This document shows positions 28,540 to 39,147 of a stretch of 64,000 nucleotides of DNA, one piece after another. This stretch comes from Neoconidiobolus thromboides FSU 785. Taxonomy: Eukaryota > Fungi > Entomophthoromycota. A program made the translations under genes and the position numbers. Position 1 is the stretch's first letter; every line of letters begins with the position of its first letter. The stretch covers positions 17,305 to 81,304 of the forward strand of contig MU626356.1 in NCBI GenBank assembly GCA_025603075.1, in the 5' to 3' direction. The notes beneath the pieces were generated by a model. It worked only from the letters and a program-made list of their open reading frames with translations, had not been told where the DNA came from and did no database searches.

Positions 28540-28636
28540 GAGGATGTATTTTTGTGTTTAAGAATTTTGCTAACAATCTTTCCACTCAAGCAGCGCTTGA
28601 AAAATGGAAAAAGTAATGAAATCAAAAAAAATCCCT
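28540..28636 (+). mobile_element. MITE family A copy
   Basis: GAGGATGTATTTTTGTGTTTAAG...AAAAAAATCCCT, flanked by ATAT/ATAT. Confidence 0.9.
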
Positions 28637-29335
28637 ATATTACGTTCTATTATACTTATAAATTGAATTTATAGTGAAATTTCGGTCTTTTAATTGAAAC
28701 AATATGGACAAAACGATAGACAAAATTTAATAGAAAAATACTTTAACTATTACCCTTTGGTTTAATGAACATCTACGTAACTATTCTTATCTTTAAACAG
28801 GTTAGAATTCTGAGTTGAACCGAAGAAGGTGTTGATTTCCACTTTGAGATAAATCATTGGCTTTGTTTTGCAATTGAATATTATCAAGTTGAAATTGGAC
28901 TAAACTAATATCCAATTTAGTTATTACAGAAAAAATAAATTATATTGAAATCTTTAAAGTAATACATATTTAATAAAGTGAGCTTTTAAAACTATTAAAT
29001 AAAGATGATAAACTATTAACAATATATTTTGTTATCTTTGAATTAGTAAGATAACTATTAATAATAAAACTTAAATTACTGCTTTCAAATTGATGGGGAT
29101 TTAGTAGTTAGTGTCTAAATTTAATCTCCACGTGATGTGAAAAAAAACTCAATTTTATTAAAGATGATCTAAATAAGGAAAACGATATTCACTACAAAGT
29201 CACTAGCAAATCAAGACCCTTATATCTTAAGCAGAAACCAATAAAAGAGTGGATTGATGCCTTATTTCCAAAACTTCAACTTCAACCAATATCAATTTAA
29301 AAAAAAGATTCATTTCAATGTGTTTAATTTTAAAA

Positions 29336-30222
29336 ATGTTCACTAATAGTCCCCCATTATTACGAGCTAAAACAGTACCCTTAATGAAGTCAGTAGAAGA
29401 TGGTTTTCAGTTAGAACCTCAGAAAATCAATTTACTAGGTAGAACTACTAATGAACATGTATTAACTCAAAAGATGGCTAATAAGGTAAATAAAAATTGG
29501 AATTTATAGATTTTATATTAAATCAAAAGAAAATTATTAGTTAGTTGATAAATTACCTCCAACCTTAAAGTTAGCTAGATCTTGGAGCTTATTGTACAGT
29601 ATTGATCAACATGGTTTAAGTATATCTACTTTATTTCGCAGAGCTAAAGATTCAGGTCCTTGTATATTAGCTATTAGAGATTCAGAAGATCAGGTAAGCG
29701 AAAAATAGTTTGGAATTTAAAACGTATATGATTTAATGAGTTTTATTTTATAAAAGGTATTTGGTGCTTTTTTATCTGATCAAGTGATGTCACATCCTAA
29801 TTATTATGGTACTGGGGAATGGTAAATATTGTATTTTAATTATTAATTTTAAAATTTATTTAAGTACAAATAATTTATATAGTTTTTTATGGCGTTTTGG
29901 TGATCCAAGAGAAATAGCAGCGACAAACGACGATAGCCATTTATTTACATTTGAATGGACAGGTAAAAATCATTATAATATTTTATGTGAGACAACGTTT
30001 ATTTCAGTGGGTGGAAGGTAAATTTATATTTAATATATATTACATATCTTGTATTTAATTACTATTATATGTATTAGTGATGGTAAATATGGTTTGTGGA
30101 TTGATAGTGATTTAAATTTAGGAATATCTAGCAAATGTTCTACATTCGATAATTTACCATTAGCTGGTCCTCAAGAAGAATTCAATTGCGTGGAATTGGA
30201 ATTATGGCGTATTGATATTTAA
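29336..30222 (+). CDS. OXR1: Oxidation resistance protein 1 (TLDc domain)
   Basis: Motifs: WSLLYSIDQHGLSISTLFRR, VFGAFLS, YYGTGECFLWR, ISVGGGDGKYGLWIDSDL, CSTFDNLPL, ELELW. Confidence 0.9.
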
Positions 30223-30474
30223 ATTATTCTATTTTTATTGTATGGTTGATTCTGTTTTTTATATCCTTATTAAAAATTATACTTTGATTTATTATCGTTG
30301 AGCTATTACTTTTTAGTAAAGTTTTTATATTTATTTGAATACTTAACTGATAAAGTTGGCTTACGTTGGCGTTTTTTGTGCAAATTTTTGTTTTTTTACC
30401 TAGTTGCATAAATTTAAAATCGATTTTATAAAAAAAACTGTTTTTAGTGTAATTTATATATAAATTCATACAAA

Positions 30475-31220
30475 ATGGTATTTGATACTAGCCAAATTAA
30501 CCAACATCAACTAAATCATTCAATTAGTCAGTGACTTTACATACCGATTTAGGGGATTTGAAGATAGAAGTATTTTGTGAAAGTGTACCTAAAGCAGCCG
30601 AAGTAAATTAAAAATCATTTATTTTAAATTATCTGAGTTTTAAGAATTTTTTAGCTTTATGTGCCAGTGGATATTATGATAACTGTTTAATTCATCGAAA
30701 TATTAAAGGCTTTATGATGCAAGTATGGAAATTAGTTTCATATTTTTATTTATTTATTTATTTATTATTTAGACTGGTGATCCAACAGGTTAGAGAAAGA
30801 GATTTTGAAAGACTATAAGAATAGTATTAACAAATTAAAATATAGGAACTGGTAAGGGAGGAGTATCAATATGGGGGAATAAATTTGAAGATGAAATCAA
30901 ATCTACATTAAGAGTAATTCATTTATTTATTTTCTAATATTCATAACTAAACCTTATTTTAGCATCATTGTAGAGGGATAGTCAGTATGGCTAATAGTGG
31001 AGCTGATACTAATGGTAGTCAATTCTTTATTACTTATTCTAAACAATCCCATTTAGATACCAAGTATACCATTTTTGGTAAAGTCATTTATGGATCAGAT
31101 ACTACTTTAGAAGACATTGAAAATACACCAACTGATGAAAAAAATCGTCCATTAAAACCAATACGTATTCAATCTATTACTATTCATGCTAATCCAATTG
31201 CTGAAAAAGCAGAGCAATAA
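30475..31220 (+). CDS. CYP10: Cyclophilin-type PPIase, PPIL3/Cyp10 subfamily
   Basis: Spliced M|[36 protein letters not shown]...[21 protein letters not shown]...[18 protein letters not shown]...TIHANPIA. Confidence 0.93.
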
Positions 31221-31300
31221 ATCAAATTGTTTATAATTATTTTTATTATATAACATTTTTTTAGAAATTTTAATTTCAAGCTTTCAAGTTTTAATTTTTT

Positions 31301-31479
31301 ATAATGAGTATCGATAATAAGGATCAGATTATACAATTATTACAAGAGATTAAAAAGGAATTTTTATTAACATTCAAACGAGAAGATGTAGTAGATTTTG
31401 TATTTAAAAATACTGAACAAATGATTAGAAATAGTGAATTGGAAGGACTTGGCTTATTTGGTTTAGGTAAATAAATTTT
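31301..31479 (+). repeat. Orphan identical copy of MED1-like exon 1, 80 bp after the PPIL3 stop
   Basis: ATAATGAGTATCGATAAT...GGTTTAGGTAAATAAATTTT equals the reverse complement of 24668-24846. No downstream MED1 exons follow. Confidence 0.95.
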
Positions 31480-31659
31480 ACTCATTTCAAATTGTATTGT
31501 TGTTATTGAATTAAGTAAGAATAAAAATGATATCGTTACAGTTGTGAATAACATTAATATGTTTGACTGTTTTTAATAATTTCAATAAAGTTAAAATATT
31601 TTATAAATGATTAATATTCTAATAATAACATATTCTATTAATATTATTATTTGACATAT

Positions 31660-31757
31660 GAGGATGTATTTTTGTGGTTAAGAATTTCACTAACAATTTT
31701 TCCACTTAAAGAGTGCTTGAAAGATGGAAAAAGTGATGAAGTCAAAAAAACATCCCT
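31660..31757 (+). mobile_element. MITE family A copy
   Basis: GAGGATGTATTTTTGTGG...AAAAAAACATCCCT, flanked by ATAT/GTAT. Confidence 0.88.
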
Positions 31758-32474
31758 GTATATATCATTGAAACTTAGTAGTGATAACAATAAATTCAAT
31801 TAGGCAACATATAAAATTGGTGCTTTAAAGGAAATAACAAACAAAAACTAACAAGTAGCATTATCATCACTTATAGTTTCAGTATATTTTCTTAATAAAT
31901 GCAAAAGTTTTAAACTTGATATAAGTAGAAATGAATACAATTATTTAAATAGTTGTTAACAATAAAATACTAATATTATGGTTTATTATTAAAAATACAA
32001 AAAAGCTAAAAACAAGCAAATCAAAATTGCTACATTTATTTAATAAGTTAAAGAAACGTAAAATAATTTTAATTAAAGTTATAAAATCTATAAAAAAGTT
32101 AAAAGTTTAAAAATTAACCCCAGCTTATCTTATAAAAATAAGTTAAATTTAAAAATTCCAACACTCATTAGATAAATAAATATTTATTGAATGATGTAAA
32201 TCAATTATTAATAACTAAGTTAATAAATAATTAAAAAGCAAGTAGCTATAGTAATAAATAAAAATTACTACTACATTACTTGTATTATATAAAGATGATT
32301 AACTGTAGTTTTAAAGTTAAATGCTTTCCCCCATGTAACTATTTACTAATTTAGTAATATATTAGTAATGTAGTTATAATATTAAAATGGTTCATTTATT
32401 TAATCCAAAATCTGCAATATTAGCTATAAAGCAGTCAGCAGTAAATATTTTTCAATAAAGTTTTATAGTAATAT

Positions 32475-32575
32475 GTGGAGATGTTTTTTTTGGCTTCATC
32501 ACTTTTTCCATCTTTTAAGCACTATTTAAGTGGAAAAATTGTTAATAAAGTCCTTAAATATAAAAATATATTCCC
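32475..32575 (-). mobile_element. MITE family A copy (diverged)
   Basis: GTGGAGATGTTTTTTTTGGCTTCATCAC...AATATATTCCC, flanked by ATAT/AGAT. Confidence 0.82.
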
Positions 32576-33237
32576 AGATACTTATTTGCATATTACGACT
32601 TTGGTTAATATCAATATTGATCTTATTACATAAATTATATTGGCAAAAACTTTACTAATCTGGGAATCTCTATTAAATTTAATATAAATTTGATCAACTT
32701 ATAATATAAATTGTAATAAATGACTTAAAACTGTATTAAATACTTTTACTTTTAACAAAAAATTTATTATGAAATTTTGAGCAAAGTTTCCAAAATTCAA
32801 AATATTTAAAGGGGATAAAAAAATAAACCCGATTTGAATATTTTTATATATTAAAATAATTATAAAAAACAGTTTGGTTAGTTTACTATATTATAAATTT
32901 TATTTTTATAATCACAAATAATTAATACTTACACATTCATATAATTTATATAATAATAAGTAATTAATGATTAGCTTGGCATTTTTAACTTGTGATAATG
33001 TTTTTTGTCTTTTTTTAACTGCTTTTTTTTAAAATGTAATATTGTATATTATATAACATTTAATAAATAATAATTTAGCTGCCTTTTTTTGTAAAATAGC
33101 TACATTCCTCGATTAAACTCTATAACTTTTCTTCAATCTCATCATTTATTTTATTATGTGTCTTATTAATATAATTATTTATGTCTTTTCCTTCTATTTA
33201 TTTTTTTCTATTTGCAGCTTCTTTAAATTTTTTATAT

Positions 33238-33335
33238 GGGGATGTTTTTTTTGTCTTTATTACTTTTTCCATTTTTAAGCACTATTTGAGTGGAAAGGTT
33301 ATCAGCAAAATTCTTAAACGAAAAAATACATCCCC
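33238..33335 (-). mobile_element. MITE family A copy inserted in HTH paralog 4
   Basis: GGGGATGTTTTTTTTGTC...AATACATCCCC, flanked by ATAT/ATAT. Confidence 0.9.
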
Positions 33336-33946
33336 ATATAAATAAGCTATTTTATATTATCATGTTCAATAAATGAACTTACTACTACTTTTTTAATAGG
33401 TTTTGTTTTTTTGTTTTTTTTACCTATCTTATCGTTTATTTTGTTCATGTTTATTTAAATTATCCTCTTTTTATACTTTATTTTTTTATTTTTTTCAACT
33501 TTTAATTTTTATTATAAGTAATAGTTTCTACAGTACTATATTTAATAAACAATTCTTTCTCTACTTTTTTTTCAAAGCTTTTTTTTATTTAATTACCAAC
33601 TTTTATAAATTTTTTTAAGTACCTATTTTATTATTAAATTTTCTAATAAGATGTAGTAAGTTGTTATTGCTTTTAATATCCATCTTTTCTATATTTGCTT
33701 TATTTTTACTTTTTTTTAACACTAGTTTTTAACGCGCTGCTATAACTAATAGATTGTTTCTTTATTGTTTCTTTAAAAACATCTTTTGTTTGACTACTAA
33801 CTTCTATGAATCTTCCTTATTTTCATTACTTGTTTATCGCCTGTTTTAATAATAACACTCTTAGATCTACCATTCTCTTCCATATTCTTTTACCTTGCAC
33901 TTATGTTTTTATACAGCCTTTTTTCGTTTTTCTACAAACAAATTAT

Positions 33947-34042
33947 GGGGATGTGTTTTTGTATTTAAGAATTTTACTCAATTTTTCCGCTCAAATAGCG
34001 CTTAAAAATGGAAAAAGTAATGAAGACAAAAAAAACATCCCC
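33947..34042 (+). mobile_element. MITE family A copy inserted in HTH paralog 4
   Basis: GGGGATGTGTTTTTG...AAAAAAAACATCCCC, flanked by TTAT/TTAT. Confidence 0.9.
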
Positions 34043-34529
34043 TTATGCTTCAATATAATATTTAATAAATAATGGTTCAACTGCTTCTTTTATAGACTTT
34101 TTTCAATTGCTAACTTATATAATTCTGTTTTGGCCTTTTTACTTAACTTATTTTAGGTTTCATCACCACTGTTTTCTTGTTTCTTATTAATTTGTTTATT
34201 TTTCCATTAAGACCTGTGATTTCAATTACTAAAACTAAAATAAGTACGAAGTTCTTAAATTAAGCAAAATGTACCAGTTTTGCTTCTTGATCAAATAATA
34301 TTCAATACCAAATTTATCCACATTGTACTTTATGCATATAGTAATATTGAACTTATTTACCCTAAGCTGACAAACTATAGGATTTTTAATAGAAAAATTG
34401 ATTAATTTACTATATTTAACTTGAAACGCTTACTATGTCATCAAAAAAATTGCTATTTAATTGGATAATTGATTTTTAGATATTAATGGAAATGACTCTC
34501 AATCCTTTAATGATATCTTTTGTATTAAA

Positions 34530-36187
34530 ATGGGTAGAAGGCGTTCAGCTGTAAAAAAGCAAAAACAAAAAAGTACGTACAATTGTTTAGATTAGTATAG
34601 TGAGTCTGATGTAAAATAATCTTATTTGAAACCAACAGTTAAGCATTTTAGTAAATTTGGATCCATCATCTGATATAGCAAACAGTGTAGTGCCAAGTGA
34701 AGACTTGATTTACAAAAAAGAAAAGCCGGACATAATAATTAGATACCTAGGATGTCAGTATGTAGATCCAGAAGATGCAAATTATAAATGTGAAAATTTC
34801 AAATCGTTTATTTTTGATAATGACAAAATCAAAAAAATATATATATGTAGCGAACACCTTTTATATTCATCAGACTCGTCCCAAAGCGAAGAAGGTAATG
34901 TAAAAAATATTGGTAATAGATTGCCTTATGACACGGATTGCACTGTACGGTATTGTTCTTATTTTGATGAATATGGAAGCTACTGTAAAAAAACTGATAT
35001 ATCAGTAATTGATTATGGTATGCCTATTGAAAGATGGTTTTGTTATAACCACCAGATGATGCATAGAATGGAAGAGCAATCAAATAATTCGAATAAAAAT
35101 GAAAATTACCTACACGAAAGGTATTGCACCAAAACTTTAAACAATCTGAAAATTTGACTAGAACCTTTAGGCTTCCAAGGATCCTTTGTCCGTCTTCTGA
35201 TCTTAGTAGGTAAAGACAGTTTGTAAAATTAAATCACAAACTAATCAATAAAGCTATTCTGAAGAACATAAATCATTTAGAGCATCAATCTCAAACGACA
35301 AAAGTAATGAAAGTGAAAATTACCTACATGAAAGGTATTTGCACCAAAACTTTAAACAATCTGAAAATTTGACTAGAACCTTTAGGCTTCCAAGGATCCT
35401 TTGTCCGTCTTCTGATCTTAGTAGGTAAAGACAGTTTGTAAAATTAAATCACAAACTAATCAATAAAGCTATTCTGAAGAACATAAATCATTTAGAGCAT
35501 CAATCTCAAATGACAAAAGTAATGAAAGCAATCAAAGTGATGAAAGCGTCTATAGTAAAAAGCCAATACCATCCTCGCTATTAAAAGGTTTAAGCAATGA
35601 TGTAATTGTGAACTTGAAAGAAATTTATAATAAACAAGGAGATAGTAAATCGGGGGACATTCATATTTATGCAACATTACCGCCAGGAAATAATAAAAAT
35701 AACAGTGCCTCTAAAAGCACTAAATCAAAGCTAGCTTCGTGGAAATCAGGAGGGAAAGTTTACTACAAAATTGGAACTTCTATGGATATAAGGTTATCAA
35801 ATCGAGATAAATTAATACAATGTCCTGTATTCAAATCGTGTTGCAAATCTGATTCGCCATTAAATGTTAACTATTTATTATCAATTCAATGTAATGACAT
35901 CTACAAATTAAAAGAGTTAATCAAACTCCATTTAAAACAAAAACTTGTTCCTTTTGGAAAGGCGAGTAAAGTAAGGTTTATGGTAATATCAAAAAATCAA
36001 TTTTATAATTTTATAGAATATTTGTAAAGGATGTGAAAGCAACCATGAAGACTGGTTTCTAGTAGATAGAAGTATATATTTTAAATTACTTACGGAAGGC
36101 TTTGTTGCATTGAAGGATTTTTACCCTGGGTGGAAAAATATAAAGAATATCGTACTTAAATGGAGTGACCATATCAATAACAGCTGA
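34530..36187 (+). CDS. Protein with two CxnCxnCx2H zinc-finger-like motifs and a T5orf172/MUG113 (GIY-YIG-like) domain
   Basis: Hand-spliced open frame: C..C..CSEH and C..C..CYNH motifs, then GDIHIYA...YYKIGTS...IQC...LKELIKLHL...CKGCESNHEDWF...GWKNIKNIVLKWSDHINNS*. Six GT-AG introns keep the frame; exon 1 is the least certain. Confidence 0.65.
35101..35528 (+). repeat. Tandem duplication, 214-bp unit x2, containing two introns and two exon pieces
   Basis: The copies start at 35101 and 35315 and differ by two substitutions and a 1-bp intronic indel. Confidence 0.95.
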
Positions 36188-36309
36188 AAATAAATTATTA
36201 GAAATCATATTTTGTACACTTTTTTAATATATTGATTTTAATAAATAGTAATACAATTAAACTGTTATACTAAAAATAGTGCAAATCACATATTATAAAA
36301 TTGACAAAA

Positions 36310-36510
36310 AAATGCGCGATGTATGAGTTTTTCAAAAGACTATAAGCTAAAGTTAATAAAAAACACCAAGGAATGCCTATATGAACTAACATATTAACCA
36401 TATAGTATCAAAGAGGCTATTGTCTAAAAATAGTTAAGGAAATTGCCAAATCCAAATAGCAAAAATTACCAAATGCTCAATAAAGACCTTATTTAAAAAG
36501 ATCTAAGCAA
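36310..36510 (+). pseudogene. Probable HMG-box gene remnant
   Basis: KNARCMSFSKDYKLKLIK followed by IVKEIAKSK*QKLPNAQ*RPYLKRSK follows the HMG-box helix pattern, with stops at the conserved W and K/Q positions. Confidence 0.4.
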
Positions 36511-36713
36511 TCTTGAACTACAAATTTTTACTAAGAATCAAACTATTAACACTATCACAATTTCAAGTTAGATATAGAAATACCAGAATGATGGTAAAAC
36601 ACAATTACTTCCTACCGTTGGTAACCAATCAATAGTTTTTATGCAGTCACACACATCATACCAATAGCAGTAAATTTTATTTTAATTTTGTCTATTATTC
36701 ATAATTACTATAT

Positions 36714-36809
36714 AGGAATGTGTTTTTGTTTAACAATTTTATTGATAATTTTTCTACTCAAATAGCGCTTAAAAGATGGAAAAAGTGATGAAACCAAAAA
36801 AACATACTC
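36714..36809 (+). mobile_element. MITE family A copy (diverged)
   Basis: AGGAATGTGTTTTTG...CTCAAATAGCGCTTAAAAGATGG...AAACATACTC, flanked by ATAT/ATAT. Confidence 0.85.
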
Positions 36810-36929
36810 ATATACCTAAATAAAATATAAATTAAGGATACTTGAAAAGCTAAAGAAATAAAAATAAAAATAAAAACATTTTCTTAGCAAGATTTAATGA
36901 ACTGATAATTACGAAAAGCTTATACATAA

Positions 36930-38290
36930 TATAAGTCATCTCCAAATTAGAACTTAAGATTATAACCAGGCTCTGCTTCCAAAAATATATCGCATTTTAT
37001 AAATTCAAAAGATCTTATACTTCTAAAACGCTTTACAATGTAATTAATAAAGATAATAAGAGAGTCGGCACTCATGGTTTGCTTATAGGTCATGTTAGTT
37101 AGGTTCTAATATATTATTGTCCTACGGGTCGAATGCAATGTATCAATATCAAATTTACACCCTTCTAGTTCAAGGTTATATAGATTAGGGGATGGTATAT
37201 ATATAAAATCTAAAAATTCATATCCTAAAGTAAAACCCTCAGTTCTTAGTCTTATTGTTTTTTTGGAATAAACTTCTTTAACTAAAATTAATGATTTGCT
37301 ATGTTGTTCATATAAATTTATGTATCTGAGTGCTGACTCATTGTCTTTTACTCATAAATTCAAGTGTGTAAGGGCTAAAATACTAAAAGCCAAATATTAA
37401 AATATAGAGTCATGCTTGTTAAGAAGTTGTAAACTTAATTGATTATTTTTGGAAATACCTCATTATTTAAGCTTATTTTAGACGAGTCAGAATCAGATAA
37501 TAATGATTCTTTTAAATTAGATTTTCCATCAAAGGTCAATTCAACTACATCTTGGTAATGAAGTGCCTCAAGTTTTAGATAGTTGTTTAAATTTGTGTGT
37601 ATTTCTGGGTCCCTTGTATGTATATTACCAGCATACAATCTAGTTAGATACAAAAATTGTATATTTAATAGCTGTATTTCTCTGATCGGAGTCCGACCTT
37701 GAGTATCTTGATTACCTTCAAATTATTGAGTCTATTCAATAATTCTTTAATATATGGGAGTTCATTCTCAAAATTATTGCTATTTTTTATGCATAATGAA
37801 TTTAAAGTTGATAGCAAAATTGATATTTTGATGTTCAAGTATTTACTTGGCCTAAAAATTTACAGTGCTTTAAATCTTGAAAAGTTTTTTAATAGAAATT
37901 TTCTCTAAAGATATATATTTTTCAATTGGTATACGGGTAATAGTATATTTATCATAAAGATCTACTAATGGAACATCTTATGAAAGATTTAGCATATTTA
38001 AAATAGCTATATAAACGCACTTTAATCTTTTTACAGTTTATAAATGCAGAAAGGAAAATGAGAAAATCAGTGCCTCCTCCAAAGTCTAAATATCTAACAT
38101 AATATGCACATTTTATAAGTTCTTTTTTTATATTCTTTTCATACTCATTAAATTTATTATCTATTTTGGCATCTTCCCATAGTAAAGGTATCACCCTTTT
38201 ATTATATCATTTACAACATACGAAAAGGTTACATCTGTCTTCGTTTGAAAAATAGAATAGCGTACCTTTGATTATAGTCTTAAGACCCAT
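36930..38290 (-). pseudogene. F-box/leucine-rich-repeat pseudogene
   Basis: MGLKTIIKGTLFYFSNEDRCNLFVCCK*YNKRVIPLLW is F-box-like with TGA at the Trp position. Broken LRR-like segments follow; paralogous to 54471-55920. Confidence 0.6.
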
Positions 38291-38521
38291 GAGGTTAAAT
38301 AAATTATCTATTTTAATATTGACCTGAATTTTAGAAGAAAAAACAAAGAAAATATTTAGTAGATATTACACAATTATATTGAAAAAGCTATAAATATTTA
38401 TATAGAGTAAAGTAACAAAAAGCTATTTTAATATCAAATAGTTTATTAAAAATAAATAATAAAGACAATCCGCAACAAGAATGACCAATATTAAACTTTA
38501 TTACTTATAATATATATATAT

Positions 38522-38620
38522 GGGAGTGTCTTTTTTGACTTCATTATTTTTTCTATTTTTTAAGCGCCATTTAAGTGGAAAATTTGTTGGTAAAATTCTT
38601 AAACACAAAAATACATCCCC
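38522..38620 (-). mobile_element. MITE family A copy
   Basis: GGGAGTGTCTTTTTTGAC...AATACATCCCC, flanked by ATAT/ATAT. Confidence 0.9.
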
Positions 38621-39049
38621 ATATATTATAAATGCTTTTTCATTGAAACATGTTTGATAAAGTATTATCTAATTAGCTAATAAAATATTTAAAAAAGTTT
38701 CTTTAACATGCTATATACTAGTAAAATCAAATAAAAAAAACTTATACAAATACAATAGTATTAAACATGAAAGTCAAAATAGTAAAGCATTTATAACAAA
38801 ACTGATACTAATGAAAAAAGCAAACAAGGCATATATATAAGAAAAACATAGGCAAAAACATATAAAGAAGCTAGGAATCAATAATCAAAAATATTAATAT
38901 AAAAAATTCTTAAAATAGGTATTAGGATTTGTTATTAAATTAAGAAAAAAAATGGCTTTTTGTAAAATAGCTAATGGTATTTCAAAGCTCAATCATATGA
39001 TAATATTTTATTATACCTAAAACACAAATGCTAAAATAAAGTTAGATAT

Positions 39050-39147
39050 GGGGGTGTTTTTTTGACTTCATCACTTTTTCCATCTTTTAAGCGCTATTTG
39101 AGTGGAAATACTGTTAGTAAAATTCTTAAACGAAAAAATACATCTCC
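39050..39147 (-). mobile_element. MITE family A copy
   Basis: GGGGGTGTTTTTTTGAC...AATACATCTCC, flanked by ATAT/ATAT. Confidence 0.9.

Larger units (their letters stand above)
32971..34207 (-). pseudogene. Heavily A/T-decayed paralog 4 of the six-HTH-repeat gene, split by two MITE insertions
   Basis: Minus-strand fragments KAKTELYKLAIEK-KSIKEAVEPLFIKY, KETIKKQSISYSSALKT, KKVEKELFIKYSTVETITYN and NYINKTHNKINDEIEEKL*SLIEECSYF match modules of 20231-21547. Confidence 0.65.

Noticed and set aside
18232-38210. In-frame TGA at Trp positions suggesting a TGA=Trp genetic code
   Set aside because: Intact genes use TGG for Trp and TGA as a stop (58693-58695). The affected loci also contain TAA/TAG stops and frameshifts, so they are pseudogenes.
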